This document shows positions 30,045 to 39,515 of a stretch of DNA of 64,000 bases, one piece after another. Where the stretch lies: positions 1,568,001-1,632,000 of the forward strand of contig CAWAIF010000003.1 in the NCBI GenBank assembly GCA_963782055.1, given 5' to 3'. Source of the DNA: an uncultured delta proteobacterium (lineage in GTDB: Bacteria > Myxococcota_A > Polyangia > Polyangiales > Polyangiaceae). Positions within the stretch are counted from its first letter, which is position 1. Every line of letters starts with the position of its first letter. The notes below the pieces were generated by a model. The model made no database searches. It was not told where the DNA came from and was given only the letters and a program-made list of their open reading frames with translations. Position numbers and translations under genes: made by a program.

Positions 30045-32020
30045 TTTCCAGAACACTCCTTCGAAGCCTCCTCGCCTGCACCGTCGGCCTGGCCGCCGTG
30101 GTGTGGTCTCCGGCCCGCGCGCGCGCGCAGTCCCAGCCCGCGGCGGCGGTTCGCGTCGAGGCCGGCGCGGACGTGCACGTCGCCGCCGGCATCAAGACGG
30201 ACGCCACGCCGATGACGGTGGTCACCACGGGCGCGGCGCCTCCCTCGGCGACGTCCGCACCGGTGGAGATCTTCCCCCTCGCCGCGCACGCGTGGCTCCA
30301 CACGCTCGATCTCGGCGACGCCGACTACAAGCGCATCGACGCCGCGCGCAGGAGCCTCCCCGGCTCGTGGTTCTGTCGCACGCCGGCCGGGGCCGCCGCC
30401 TGCTCCGCGCAGGGGCACGTGGGCCCCGCGGAGGGCTACGACGACGCGATCCTCCTCTCCATCCGCCACATGCTCCCCTGGGCGGCGAGCGCGATCACCG
30501 TGTACAACCGGCGGCAAGGTCTGCTCTACGATCCCCGGCTGGTCGGCCACGCGGTGAACAACCTCTCCCGCTGGAAGGGGGAGGGGATCCCGCGCCCGGC
30601 GCCGCCGCCCATGCCCGCGCCGCCGCGCGCGCACGCCGGAAAGCAGGACGTGTGTCCGCCGGTGCCGATGCCGTCGCTCCCGCCGAGCGACGGCGAGCTG
30701 CAGCTCGTCTTCCGCTGGCCCACGCCGGCCGAGACTGGCGACTTCCGGTACATCGCGGTGGTGGACGAGTGCAACAACGCGGTCGTGACCCGCTTCGCGC
30801 GGCAGTTCTACGTCCCGGCGGAGGTGGAGGCGACCGACAGCTGCACGGCGGCCGGCGTAGGCCGTGGCCCGCTCAAGCTGCTGCGCGGCGGCACGACCCT
30901 CCACGTCACCGCGTTCAACCTCGACGCGCCGACACGCGGCAACGTCCTGTCGTCCACGTACCGCGTGACCGTCCCGAACATGGAGACCGACGCCGACGGT
31001 CACCCCGCGCCGGTGCTCGTGCCGGACTTCTCGCGGGACGACCTGCGCCTCGACTGCAGCGCCACGGAGGCGCCGAAGGCGAAGCCGAAGCCCGCGAGCG
31101 ACAAGTGCCCCGCGGGCCCGCCGCCGCGCGCCGGTCACGCCATGGCCGACGAGTCCTTCGTCATCGGGCCGGAGCCGCTGCGCACCGGGCGGTGCCGCAT
31201 CGTCTTCGACTCGCCGAGGATCTCCCGCCTCTCCGGCGCGCCGCTGCTCCTGCACGTCACGCTGGAGCGCGTGGACGTCGCGGCCGACGCGGGCAACCGC
31301 GGCCTCGTCCACGCCTCGTGGCTGGTCTCGCCCGGGCCGGGGCGGTCCTTCGTGCTGCCGCCGCTCGGGGCGATCGAAGGCGACTCCCGGCTGCGCCTGA
31401 CGGTGTCGTCGGACCCGGCCGGCGCCTCCGGGAAGGCCATCGTCTTCACCGACGCGCTGCGCGGCGTGAAGCACGCGACGGGCACCACCGCCAGCGGCTT
31501 CCGCCGGGACATCGCCTCTTCCACGATCACCACCGCGGCGCTCTGCGGCGGGTGGGACTTCCGCACCATCGAGGAGACCGGCTCCTGCTTCCGCGCCTAC
31601 ATCACGGTGCCGGTGATGCTCGCGACGTTCCAGATGACGCGCGCGCCCTGGGAAGAGAAGCCCATCATCGACCCCTCGGTGCCAGGTGGCATCGGCGTGG
31701 CCCTCGCGTTCGACCGCTACGACCCGGCGAAGCAGCAGGCGTTCCCGCTCTCCTTGCAGATCGGCGGCGCCTTCGAGAAGCTGACCGACAGCAAGAACGG
31801 CATCCTCGCCTACGTCGGGTTGATGCCCTCGCTGCCCGTCCTCGGCAAGGGGGGCACGACGACGTCCATCGGCCTGCTCGCCGGGCTAGGGCTCACCTAC
31901 ATCATGGACTCCGCCGGCCCCAACGAGGGCTTCAAGCCGGCGCTCTTCGTCGCGGTGGTGATCGGCACAGGCCAGTTCGTCCTCAAGGCGACCGGCGCGA
32001 ACACCGTCACGAGCGAGTGA
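30041..32020 (+). CDS. Secreted protein with C-terminal amphipathic beta-strands (possible outer-membrane anchor)
   Basis: Signal peptide ...WSPARARA; paired Cys; Gly/hydrophobic alternating strands in the last ~130 aa; GTGA overlap. Confidence 0.75.
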   Translation: MISRTLLRSLLACTVGLAAVVWSPARARAQSQPAAAVRVEAGADVHVAAGIKTDATPMTVVTTGAAPPSATSAPVEIFPLAAHAWLHTLDLGDADYKRIDAARRSLPGSWFCRTPAGAAACSAQGHVGPAEGYDDAILLSIRHMLPWAASAITVYNRRQGLLYDPRLVGHAVNNLSRWKGEGIPRPAPPPMPAPPRAHAGKQDVCPPVPMPSLPPSDGELQLVFRWPTPAETGDFRYIAVVDECNNAVVTRFARQFYVPAEVEATDSCTAAGVGRGPLKLLRGGTTLHVTAFNLDAPTRGNVLSSTYRVTVPNMETDADGHPAPVLVPDFSRDDLRLDCSATEAPKAKPKPASDKCPAGPPPRAGHAMADESFVIGPEPLRTGRCRIVFDSPRISRLSGAPLLLHVTLERVDVAADAGNRGLVHASWLVSPGPGRSFVLPPLGAIEGDSRLRLTVSSDPAGASGKAIVFTDALRGVKHATGTTASGFRRDIASSTITTAALCGGWDFRTIEETGSCFRAYITVPVMLATFQMTRAPWEEKPIIDPSVPGGIGVALAFDRYDPAKQQAFPLSLQIGGAFEKLTDSKNGILAYVGLMPSLPVLGKGGTTTSIGLLAGLGLTYIMDSAGPNEGFKPALFVAVVIGTGQFVLKATGANTVTSE

Positions 32021-32076
32021 GCGAGGCGCCCTTGGGGGCCGTGGTCAGCCGCGCGATGAAGTAGGATGGTCGTCCG

Positions 32077-35000
32077 ATGACGACAATCGCGGAAGAGGCG
32101 CACGACATCGGTGCGTTGCTGCGACGCGCTGCGGTCGAGCGCGATCCGGTGCCGTCGCTCCTGCTCGCGCTGCGGTGGCGTCGTGCCGCCGGCCCCGAGG
32201 ACAGGCAGGCCGTCGAGGCGCGCGTCGTCGACGCGGCGACGGCCTCGTACGAGGGACTCGCGGGCCTGGTCCGGGCCATTCACATCTACTGGCCGGAGGG
32301 ACTGCTGGCGCCGCCGGTGCGTGCCTCCCTCCACGTCGCGCTGGAGGCGGGGCGGTTCGAGGCGCACGAGCTGTTCCACGTGCTCTCCCCGCTGCTCGCG
32401 GCGGAGGACCGCTTCGAGGAGCTGCTCGCGCACTCGGAGAGGCTGGGGCTCGGCGCGCGGCTGCGCCTGGCGACGCTGTGCCAGCGGCTGGCGACCGCGG
32501 TGCAGGTGTTCGGGCCGGAGGCCTTCGTCCCGGGCGAGCGCGAGCGCGCGTTCGACACCGTGCTCGAGCGGCTCTTCGAGGACCGCGACGCCGGCGTGGC
32601 GCTGCGCGCCGCGTGGGCGGTCGGCGTCCGGGCCGCGGCGTCCAAGCCCTGGCGCGGCCGCCTCGCCGCCCTCTCGCGCGACGCTTCGCCGCGGCGCAAG
32701 CGCCGGGCCCTGGCGGCGCGCACCGCGCTCTGGGTGCTCGGGGAGGACGCCTGGGACTACGAGCGGGAGCTCACGTCTGGGCTGGGCAAGACCGACCCGT
32801 ACGCGCGCGCGACGGCCCTGCTCGCGATGCGGTTCGGCGTCCGCATCGCCCCGGGCACGGTGGCGGCGATGGCGGAGCAGCTCGTGTCGCGGTCCGCGCC
32901 GGTGGAGGTGCTCGTCGCGGCGCTCGAGCTCGCGCGCGTGCACCCTGACGAGGCGCTCCGCACGCACGTCGCCGAGCGCGCGGAGGTCGAGCGGCCTCCG
33001 GCGGAGCTCGCGATCCTGCTCCGGCGGACCGCGCCCGGAGCGCCGGGCGGCGCGGCCGGCATCGTGGAGCTCGGCGACGCGCTCGTGGAAGCCTCCGCCG
33101 TGTCGCCTGGCGAGGCATCGCGCGCGGCGGCGGCGCTCGCGCGGCGACTCTCGCGCGGGATCAGCGGCGACGCCGAGGAGCAGGAGGCCTGCGAGCGGGT
33201 GCTCTTCGACGGGACGCTCTTTCGCGACGCGCTCGTCATCGGGGCCCGTACGCCCGCCGCCCGTCGCGAGGCGTACGAGGTGTGGGTGGGCGCGGTGGCC
33301 GCGTGCCGTGAGGCGCGCCTCGCCGCGCTGGGTGAGGGGGATGCGCGGGAGCGGACCGCGGCGTGGCGGCGCGCGGCCAGGGCGCTCGACGCGTCCCCGC
33401 GCGGCATCCGGCGGGACGGGGCGCCGGACGCGGAGGCCCGCAGCCCGGTGCGCCGGGACGCGGCGCGCGTCCGCCTCGCGAGCGCCGCGCGCCTGGCCGG
33501 CCGCGCCGACTCGATGGAGGAGCGTCCGGCGATCGGCGCCCTCCTCGTCGCCGCCGACATCGAGGCCGTGGTCGCGCCGAGCGTCTTCGGGGACGTGCTG
33601 GCGGCGCTGCTCTCGTCGCGCTCGCCGCGCGCGCTCCGCCACGCGCTCGATGGCTGCCCCGCGGGTGCGCCCCTGCACGACGCGCTCACGGCCCTGGAGG
33701 CGCTCCGCGCGCTCGCCGAGCCCCGGGGGAAGAAGGCGCCGGCCGTGGATCGCGACACGCTCGCGCAGGCGACGTGGCACCTCGCGCAGGCGTCGCTCGC
33801 GGTCACGGGGGATCGTGCCGCACCGGCCGCGGCTGCGCCGCTCGCGCTGGACGCCGCCGTGAGCCTCTCCCTGGCGCCACCGTCGTCGCCGGGCGCCGTG
33901 CTCGCCGCATGGAGCGCCGCCGCGCGTGCGTGCATCCGCCTGCGCGAGGGGGTGGCAGAGGACGCAGGCGCGCCGCCGCCGTCCTTCCCGAACGCCGCGC
34001 GCGTCGAGAAGGCAATCGTCTCGCTCTTCGAGCCTCAGTCCAGGCGCGAGCGCTCCCTCAAGGACGAGGCGGCGCTGGAGGTGCTCGCCTCCGTCGTCCC
34101 GCCCGCGCTGGCGTCGCTCCCGCACCTGCTCGGCCGGGTGCTGCGCGCGCGCAAGGCGCCGGCGGCTCGCCCGCGCCGTGACCCGTTCGCGCCGTCGAAG
34201 GTCATCGGCGACTTCGTCGTGGAGAAGAAGCTCGGCGCCGGCGGGATGGGCGCGTGCCTGCTGGTTCGCCGCCGGGCGGCGCCGCGGGGCGCCGGGTGCT
34301 TCGTGCTCAAGGTCCCCCTGAAGGGGGATGCCTTCGCCCAGTGCGCCTTCGTGGACGAGGCGCAGACCCTCATCACGCTGTCGCGCGCCCCCCACCCGGG
34401 CGTGGTGCGCTTCCTCGGCTACATGACGTGCGGCTACCGCCTGCCGTACCTGATCATGCAGCACATCGAGGGCAGGCCGCTCGACGGCGTGCTGAAGAAG
34501 GGACCGCTGCCCCTGGGTGCGGCGCTCCGCGATGGCGCGCGGCTCGCCGATGCGCTCGCGCACTGCCACGCGAGCGGTGTCACGCACCACGACGTCAAGC
34601 CCGCCAACGTCATCTCCGGTCCGGAGGGCGCGGTGCTCGTGGACTTCGGCATCGCCGGAGCCGGGAAGGACGGCGCGGGGACGCCCATGTACATGTCGCC
34701 GGAGCGCTTCGACCGCACCAATGCGCCGGAGCTCGCGCCCGCCGCCGACGTCTTCGCCCTGGGCTGCATGGTGCACGAGCTCTGGACCGGCACGCCGCTG
34801 ATGAACGTGCCCATCGGCGCGCACGAGGCGCCGGAGATCCCCTCCACCATCGTCGAGTTGAGCCGCGAGGTCGGGCGGGGCGAGGCGAGCATGATGGGCG
34901 TCCAGCTCGTCTTCGGCGTGCTCGCGCGGACGCACGCACTCCTCGTGCGGCGTCTCGCTCGCGGGCTGGATGGTGCGCCCGCCGCGCTGCGGGCGCCGCT

Positions 35001-35118
35001 CGGCACCCTCGTCGAGGCGATGGTGGCGACCGACCCGCGCACACGCCCGACCGCGGCGTTCGCGGCCGCCGAGCTCGGGCGCCTGGCGTCGGTCGTGGAG
35101 CGGGCGGTCACGGTATAG
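32077..35118 (+). CDS. Ser/Thr protein kinase with a long N-terminal HEAT/ARM-like helical region and a C-terminal kinase domain
   Basis: LGAGGMG; VLK; FVDEA; HHDVKPAN; DFG; GTPMYMSPE; DVFALG; no TM seen. Confidence 0.9.
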   Translation: MTTIAEEAHDIGALLRRAAVERDPVPSLLLALRWRRAAGPEDRQAVEARVVDAATASYEGLAGLVRAIHIYWPEGLLAPPVRASLHVALEAGRFEAHELFHVLSPLLAAEDRFEELLAHSERLGLGARLRLATLCQRLATAVQVFGPEAFVPGERERAFDTVLERLFEDRDAGVALRAAWAVGVRAAASKPWRGRLAALSRDASPRRKRRALAARTALWVLGEDAWDYERELTSGLGKTDPYARATALLAMRFGVRIAPGTVAAMAEQLVSRSAPVEVLVAALELARVHPDEALRTHVAERAEVERPPAELAILLRRTAPGAPGGAAGIVELGDALVEASAVSPGEASRAAAALARRLSRGISGDAEEQEACERVLFDGTLFRDALVIGARTPAARREAYEVWVGAVAACREARLAALGEGDARERTAAWRRAARALDASPRGIRRDGAPDAEARSPVRRDAARVRLASAARLAGRADSMEERPAIGALLVAADIEAVVAPSVFGDVLAALLSSRSPRALRHALDGCPAGAPLHDALTALEALRALAEPRGKKAPAVDRDTLAQATWHLAQASLAVTGDRAAPAAAAPLALDAAVSLSLAPPSSPGAVLAAWSAAARACIRLREGVAEDAGAPPPSFPNAARVEKAIVSLFEPQSRRERSLKDEAALEVLASVVPPALASLPHLLGRVLRARKAPAARPRRDPFAPSKVIGDFVVEKKLGAGGMGACLLVRRRAAPRGAGCFVLKVPLKGDAFAQCAFVDEAQTLITLSRAPHPGVVRFLGYMTCGYRLPYLIMQHIEGRPLDGVLKKGPLPLGAALRDGARLADALAHCHASGVTHHDVKPANVISGPEGAVLVDFGIAGAGKDGAGTPMYMSPERFDRTNAPELAPAADVFALGCMVHELWTGTPLMNVPIGAHEAPEIPSTIVELSREVGRGEASMMGVQLVFGVLARTHALLVRRLARGLDGAPAALRAPLGTLVEAMVATDPRTRPTAAFAAAELGRLASVVERAVTV

Positions 35119-35126
35119 TGGCTCGA

Positions 35127-36362
35127 ATGGCCGTCGAGACGTCCACAGAAGAGCGGGTCGAGAGGGCGCCGGACGTGCCCGTGGCCCACGAGCGTGGCGG
35201 GCGGGCCGACCTCGCGGCGCTGCGCGACCGCCGCGCGCTCGCGATGATGCCCGTGGTGGTCTTCGGCGCGATGCTCCCGTTCGTCGCCCGCGCGACCGAG
35301 TCGCTCTGGATGGACGCTTCCCCGGTCGCGAAGGCGCGGCTCCTCGTCCGGCTCTGCGTGAGCTTCGTCCTGCTCGGCTGCTACCCGCTGGTTCTCGTCC
35401 TCGTGCGCCTCGGAGTCACCGACGTGACGGCGAGCCAGCACCGCTGGCTTCTCCGGGTGTACCCGGCTGTCACCACCCTGTGGCAGTCCCTGGTGGCGCT
35501 GGACGCGTTCGTACTGATCGCGTGGCCCCGGCTGGTCTCCATGCCGAGCTTCGCCGCCGATCTGACCATCTCCATCGCTGCGTGCGGGCTCATCCCGTTC
35601 GTGCAGCACCACATGACCTTCTTCTATGGCTTCGACGTCGGCACCCTCCTCCGCGCGCGCGCCCTGCTGGGCAAGGAGCCGAAGCTCGCGCGCGCTCCCC
35701 TGGACACGCTCGACTACAAGGTGTTGCAGCTCATCGCCAGGAGCGGCAGTGACGTGGCGAACGTGATGATCAACGACATGGGGATCGGCTTCCGCGATCT
35801 CATGCTTCGCCTGGCGAAGCTCGTGGCGCTCGGCTACCTGCACGTCGTCAAGGAGCTCCACGGCCCGCAGGTGGTCCTCTCCACGCTGGCCACCGACACG
35901 CTGGCGCTCCCGATATCGCTGTTCACGTGGGACACCGACGATCGCGAGCTGCTCGGCGAGCTCGCGAGCGCGCGGCTGTCGCTGGAGGCGCGCGAGCCGC
36001 AGAAGGTCGTGGTGGCGTGCGCGCGCTCGTGCGAGCGGCTCCTGCGCGGCGGACTGGCGACCGTCGAGCCCAGGATCACGCACGTGGGCAACAAGGAGCT
36101 CTCGAAGGCGACGCTGGGAGAGCTCGTGGGCGCCTGTCGGCAGCACAGGATCATCGGTCGCTTCGAGGACGGCATTTTCTCGGCGATCAACGAGCGCAGG
36201 AAGAAGATCCACGCGCTCGAAGGGGAGGCGCCCATCGACGACCAGGACGCCTTCGTGCTCTACACGCTGACCGAGATCGTCGCGCGTGATCTGCTCACGC
36301 GCCGGCGCGGGCGCGGGCGTCGCGCCGGCGACGACCCCGCAGCCGCGCCTCCCACTCAGTAG
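35127..36362 (+). CDS. Membrane protein: about 4 TM, winged HTH, HEPN/DUF4145-like domain
   Basis: Hydrophobic helices; LDYKVLQLIA...RLAKLVALGYL (wHTH); ACARSCERLL...TLGELV...INERRKKIH (Rx4H). Confidence 0.7.
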   Translation: MAVETSTEERVERAPDVPVAHERGGRADLAALRDRRALAMMPVVVFGAMLPFVARATESLWMDASPVAKARLLVRLCVSFVLLGCYPLVLVLVRLGVTDVTASQHRWLLRVYPAVTTLWQSLVALDAFVLIAWPRLVSMPSFAADLTISIAACGLIPFVQHHMTFFYGFDVGTLLRARALLGKEPKLARAPLDTLDYKVLQLIARSGSDVANVMINDMGIGFRDLMLRLAKLVALGYLHVVKELHGPQVVLSTLATDTLALPISLFTWDTDDRELLGELASARLSLEAREPQKVVVACARSCERLLRGGLATVEPRITHVGNKELSKATLGELVGACRQHRIIGRFEDGIFSAINERRKKIHALEGEAPIDDQDAFVLYTLTEIVARDLLTRRRGRGRRAGDDPAAAPPTQ

Positions 36363-39300
36363 CACGAGCAGAGCGGATCGCCCGGCGAGCAGCGACAGGT
36401 GGGCTTCGCCGAGACCTTCGGGAACTTCGGTCGCCGGACGGGGGGCGCGCCCGCGTCGGCGGCCGCAGCGTCGCAGGCCGTCGTGTCGCCCGCCTTGCAG
36501 AGCTGGACCAGCATCGCCTTCGCCTCGGCCGGGTCGGCGAAGGGCTGCGCGGGCTCCCCGGTGCCCGCTATGAGGCGCGCGCAGGACGTGGCATCGTGGG
36601 CCTGGCAGGCGCGCCCGAAGAAGTCCGCTGCGCGTCGCGCGTCCTTCGACACGCCGCGGCCCTCCGCGAACGTCTCGCCCGCGAGCGCGCAGCCGGTCGC
36701 GTCGTCCGCGTCGCAGGCGCGCTGGAAGAGGGAGACGGCGCGCACGGCGTCCTGCGCGACGCCGACCCCGCCGGCGTAGAGTCTGCCCAGGTTGCCGCAG
36801 GCGTGGGCGTCGCCGTCGGTGCACGCGTGATCGTACAGCTTGGCGGCGCGCGCCGGATCCTTCGGCGCTCCGCGGCCGTCCTCGACGAGCGCACCGAGCC
36901 CGCCGCAGGCGAAGGCGTGGCCGGCGTTGCACGCCGTCTCGAAGAGCTTCGCCGCGCGCGGCAGATCGTCTCCCTTCGTGGCCAGCGAGACCGCCAGCAT
37001 GCCGCACGCGGACGACGAGCCGGCGGTGCAGGCGCGGTCGTAGAGGGAGCGCGCGCGCGCGGCGTCTCGCGTCACGCCCTCGCCGGTGTCGTAGAGCACG
37101 CCGAGGTTGGCGCACCCGTTGGGGTACCCACCGTCGCACGACTGCTGGTAGAGCTTCGCCGCCCGCGCCAGGTCCTTGGGCCCACCGCGCCCCTCCTTGA
37201 GCATGATGCCGAGCGAGTCGCAGGCCTGCGCGCGGCCGGCGTCGCACGCCTGTCCGTAGCGGACGCGCGCGGCGTCGTAGTCGGTCGTCAGGCCGTGGCC
37301 CCTCTCCAGCGCCGCCCCGAGCTCGTAGCACGCCTGGGAATCTCCGCCGTCGCACGCCCGCCGGTAGAGCTCGGCGGCCCGCGCCGCGTCCTTGGGGACG
37401 CCGCTCGCCTGCGCATACATCACGCCCAGGCTGAAGCAGCTCGTCGCGTTGCCTCGGTCGCACTGCTTGGTGCAGTCGGGCGCGTCGCCGAGCGTGCACT
37501 CGTGAGGCTGGAGGGCGCGCCGGAAGCCGAAGGCCGTCGCGCCGGACCCCGCGAGCACCAGGGCGGCGCCGGCGCCGGCCAGGACCTTGTTGCGGCGCAC
37601 GGCCAGGCCCACGCGGTAGCCGAGCGTCGCGCCGCGCGCGGTGACGGGCCGTCCGGCCAGCAGCGCGTCGATGTCCTGGGCGAGCTCGCGCGCGGTGCCG
37701 TAGCGAAGCGCGCGATCCTTCTGCGTGGCCTTCTCCAGGATCTTCGCCAGGTCCACCGGCAGCGTGGGGTTCGCCTTGCGCGCGGGGAGCGGCGCGGCGT
37801 GGAGCACCTGCGTGACGAGCTGCGCCTCGGTCTCGCCGTCGAAGAAGGCGCGCCCCGTGAAGAGCTCGTAGAAGGTGGCCGCCAGCGCGTAGACGTCGGC
37901 GCGCGCGTCGAGGTCGAGCAGGCTCCGCTGGAGCTGCTCCGGGGGCATGTAGCGGAGCGTGCCGAGGAGGGAGCTCTTGTCGCGCGTGATGGATTGGGTC
38001 GCGTCGCCGATCGCCGCGAGCCCAAGGTCCATCACCACGACGCGATGGTCCGTGGCGGTCACCATCAGGTTCCCGGGCTTGAGGTCTCGGTGGAGAATCC
38101 CCGCGTCGTGCAGCGCCTGCACGGCGAGCGCGGCGTCGCGGAAGAGGCGCGTGAGCTTGCGGACGCGCTCCACGCCCGTCTCGGCGATGGGATCCGGGCG
38201 CGCGGGGGCTGCCTTCGCCGTGTCGGCGAGCGCCGCGGCCTTCACCTTCCGCACGCCGCTCGACGCGGTCGCGATCGCGGCGTCCAGGCTGTCGCTCGAC
38301 GCGAGCGCGCCGGCCACCTCCGACAGGTCGGCGCCCTCGATGAGCTCCATCGCGTAGTAGTGCGTGTCGCCGCGCTTGCCGGAGGTGAGGATCTTGACGA
38401 CGTTCGGGTGGTCGCAGCGTGACAGCGACTGGATCTCGCGCCGGAACCTCGCCACCGCGACCGGGTCGTCGGCGGTCCCGGGGGCGAGCATCTTGAGGGC
38501 GACGAGGCGGCCGAGGCTCTCCTGCCGCGCGAGGTGCACGACGCCCATCCCGCCCTCCCCGAGCTTGCCTAGCAGGGTGTAGTCGCCGAACTGGTCGTCG
38601 CGCGGCGCCTCCTCCGCGCGCGCGGTCAGCGGCGCGGCGTGCAGCAGCGCCACGACGTCCTGTTCCACGGAGGGGAACTCCTCGGCGAGGGCCTTGCCCC
38701 TCAGCGCCTCGCCGCCGACGTAGTCCAGGAAGGAGCAGCCGGAGCCTCCGCGCCCGTTGAAGTACAGCACCTGCTCGCGCAGCTCGGACTCGCGGAAGAG
38801 CAGCCATGGGTGCAGGGGGGTGAAGGTGTCCTCGCGCATCGCCCACAGCCGGCGTGGCAGGACGTCCTCGGGGAGCGGCGTGCCGCGCGGGTCGAGCACG
38901 AGGGGCGTCTCGTCGGACAGGTCGAGCAGCCTGCCCGTGCGCGTGCCGTCGGGCCCGACCTCCACGGAGTCGACGAACACGACCTTCGTGCCAGGCGCGA
39001 GGAAGAGGCCCTCGTGCCACGCGGCGTCCAGGCCCGCCACGAGCGTGGTCGCCGCGTCGTCGTAGAACGCGGCTCCGCGCGTGGAGCCGTGACCGAGGAC
39101 CTGGTTCCGGTACGCGGGCACGCCGTCAAGCAGTCGGCGCGGCGTGACCGAACGGCTGCCGTCCGGCTTGCCCTTGACGACCTCGGAGAAGAGCGAGCTC
39201 ACGGCCAGGACGGCCGGGTCGTCGAGCCGCGCGTCGCGGGTGTCGATCGCGCGCACGAAGTGGCCGATGGACGGCATGGCGAGGGTGCCCGCGTCCGCGG

Positions 39301-39451
39301 GAGGCCGGGCCGCCACCGTCAGGCGAATGGACGCCTCCCACGCGTAGTACGCGGTGTCATGGCGCTCCTTGGGCGACTTCGCGTTGTGCGCGCGACGCCG
39401 GAGCGCGGCCACGGGCAGCGGCAAGGCGGACCGGGATACGACGCGGGGCAT
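36356..39451 (-). CDS. Receptor Ser/Thr kinase: N-terminal helical domain, kinase, TM, SEL1-like repeats
   Basis: LGEGGMG; VALK; HRDLKPGN; DLGLA; GTLRYMPPE; TM VLAGAGAALVLAG; repeated AC..LG..Y..G.GV..D..RA..LY..AC. Confidence 0.93.
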   Translation of the reverse strand: MPRVVSRSALPLPVAALRRRAHNAKSPKERHDTAYYAWEASIRLTVAARPPADAGTLAMPSIGHFVRAIDTRDARLDDPAVLAVSSLFSEVVKGKPDGSRSVTPRRLLDGVPAYRNQVLGHGSTRGAAFYDDAATTLVAGLDAAWHEGLFLAPGTKVVFVDSVEVGPDGTRTGRLLDLSDETPLVLDPRGTPLPEDVLPRRLWAMREDTFTPLHPWLLFRESELREQVLYFNGRGGSGCSFLDYVGGEALRGKALAEEFPSVEQDVVALLHAAPLTARAEEAPRDDQFGDYTLLGKLGEGGMGVVHLARQESLGRLVALKMLAPGTADDPVAVARFRREIQSLSRCDHPNVVKILTSGKRGDTHYYAMELIEGADLSEVAGALASSDSLDAAIATASSGVRKVKAAALADTAKAAPARPDPIAETGVERVRKLTRLFRDAALAVQALHDAGILHRDLKPGNLMVTATDHRVVVMDLGLAAIGDATQSITRDKSSLLGTLRYMPPEQLQRSLLDLDARADVYALAATFYELFTGRAFFDGETEAQLVTQVLHAAPLPARKANPTLPVDLAKILEKATQKDRALRYGTARELAQDIDALLAGRPVTARGATLGYRVGLAVRRNKVLAGAGAALVLAGSGATAFGFRRALQPHECTLGDAPDCTKQCDRGNATSCFSLGVMYAQASGVPKDAARAAELYRRACDGGDSQACYELGAALERGHGLTTDYDAARVRYGQACDAGRAQACDSLGIMLKEGRGGPKDLARAAKLYQQSCDGGYPNGCANLGVLYDTGEGVTRDAARARSLYDRACTAGSSSACGMLAVSLATKGDDLPRAAKLFETACNAGHAFACGGLGALVEDGRGAPKDPARAAKLYDHACTDGDAHACGNLGRLYAGGVGVAQDAVRAVSLFQRACDADDATGCALAGETFAEGRGVSKDARRAADFFGRACQAHDATSCARLIAGTGEPAQPFADPAEAKAMLVQLCKAGDTTACDAAAADAGAPPVRRPKFPKVSAKPTCRCSPGDPLCSCY

Positions 39452-39515
39452 GGTGAGCCGGAGTGTACACCGAGGTCGTGGTCGGTGGCTCCACGGCCCG
39501 GCCCCCGCGCGCCCC

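Noticed and set aside
36560..37460. Periodic ~108-bp repeats
   Set aside because: Explained by 36-aa SEL1-like protein repeats in the kinase ectodomain.
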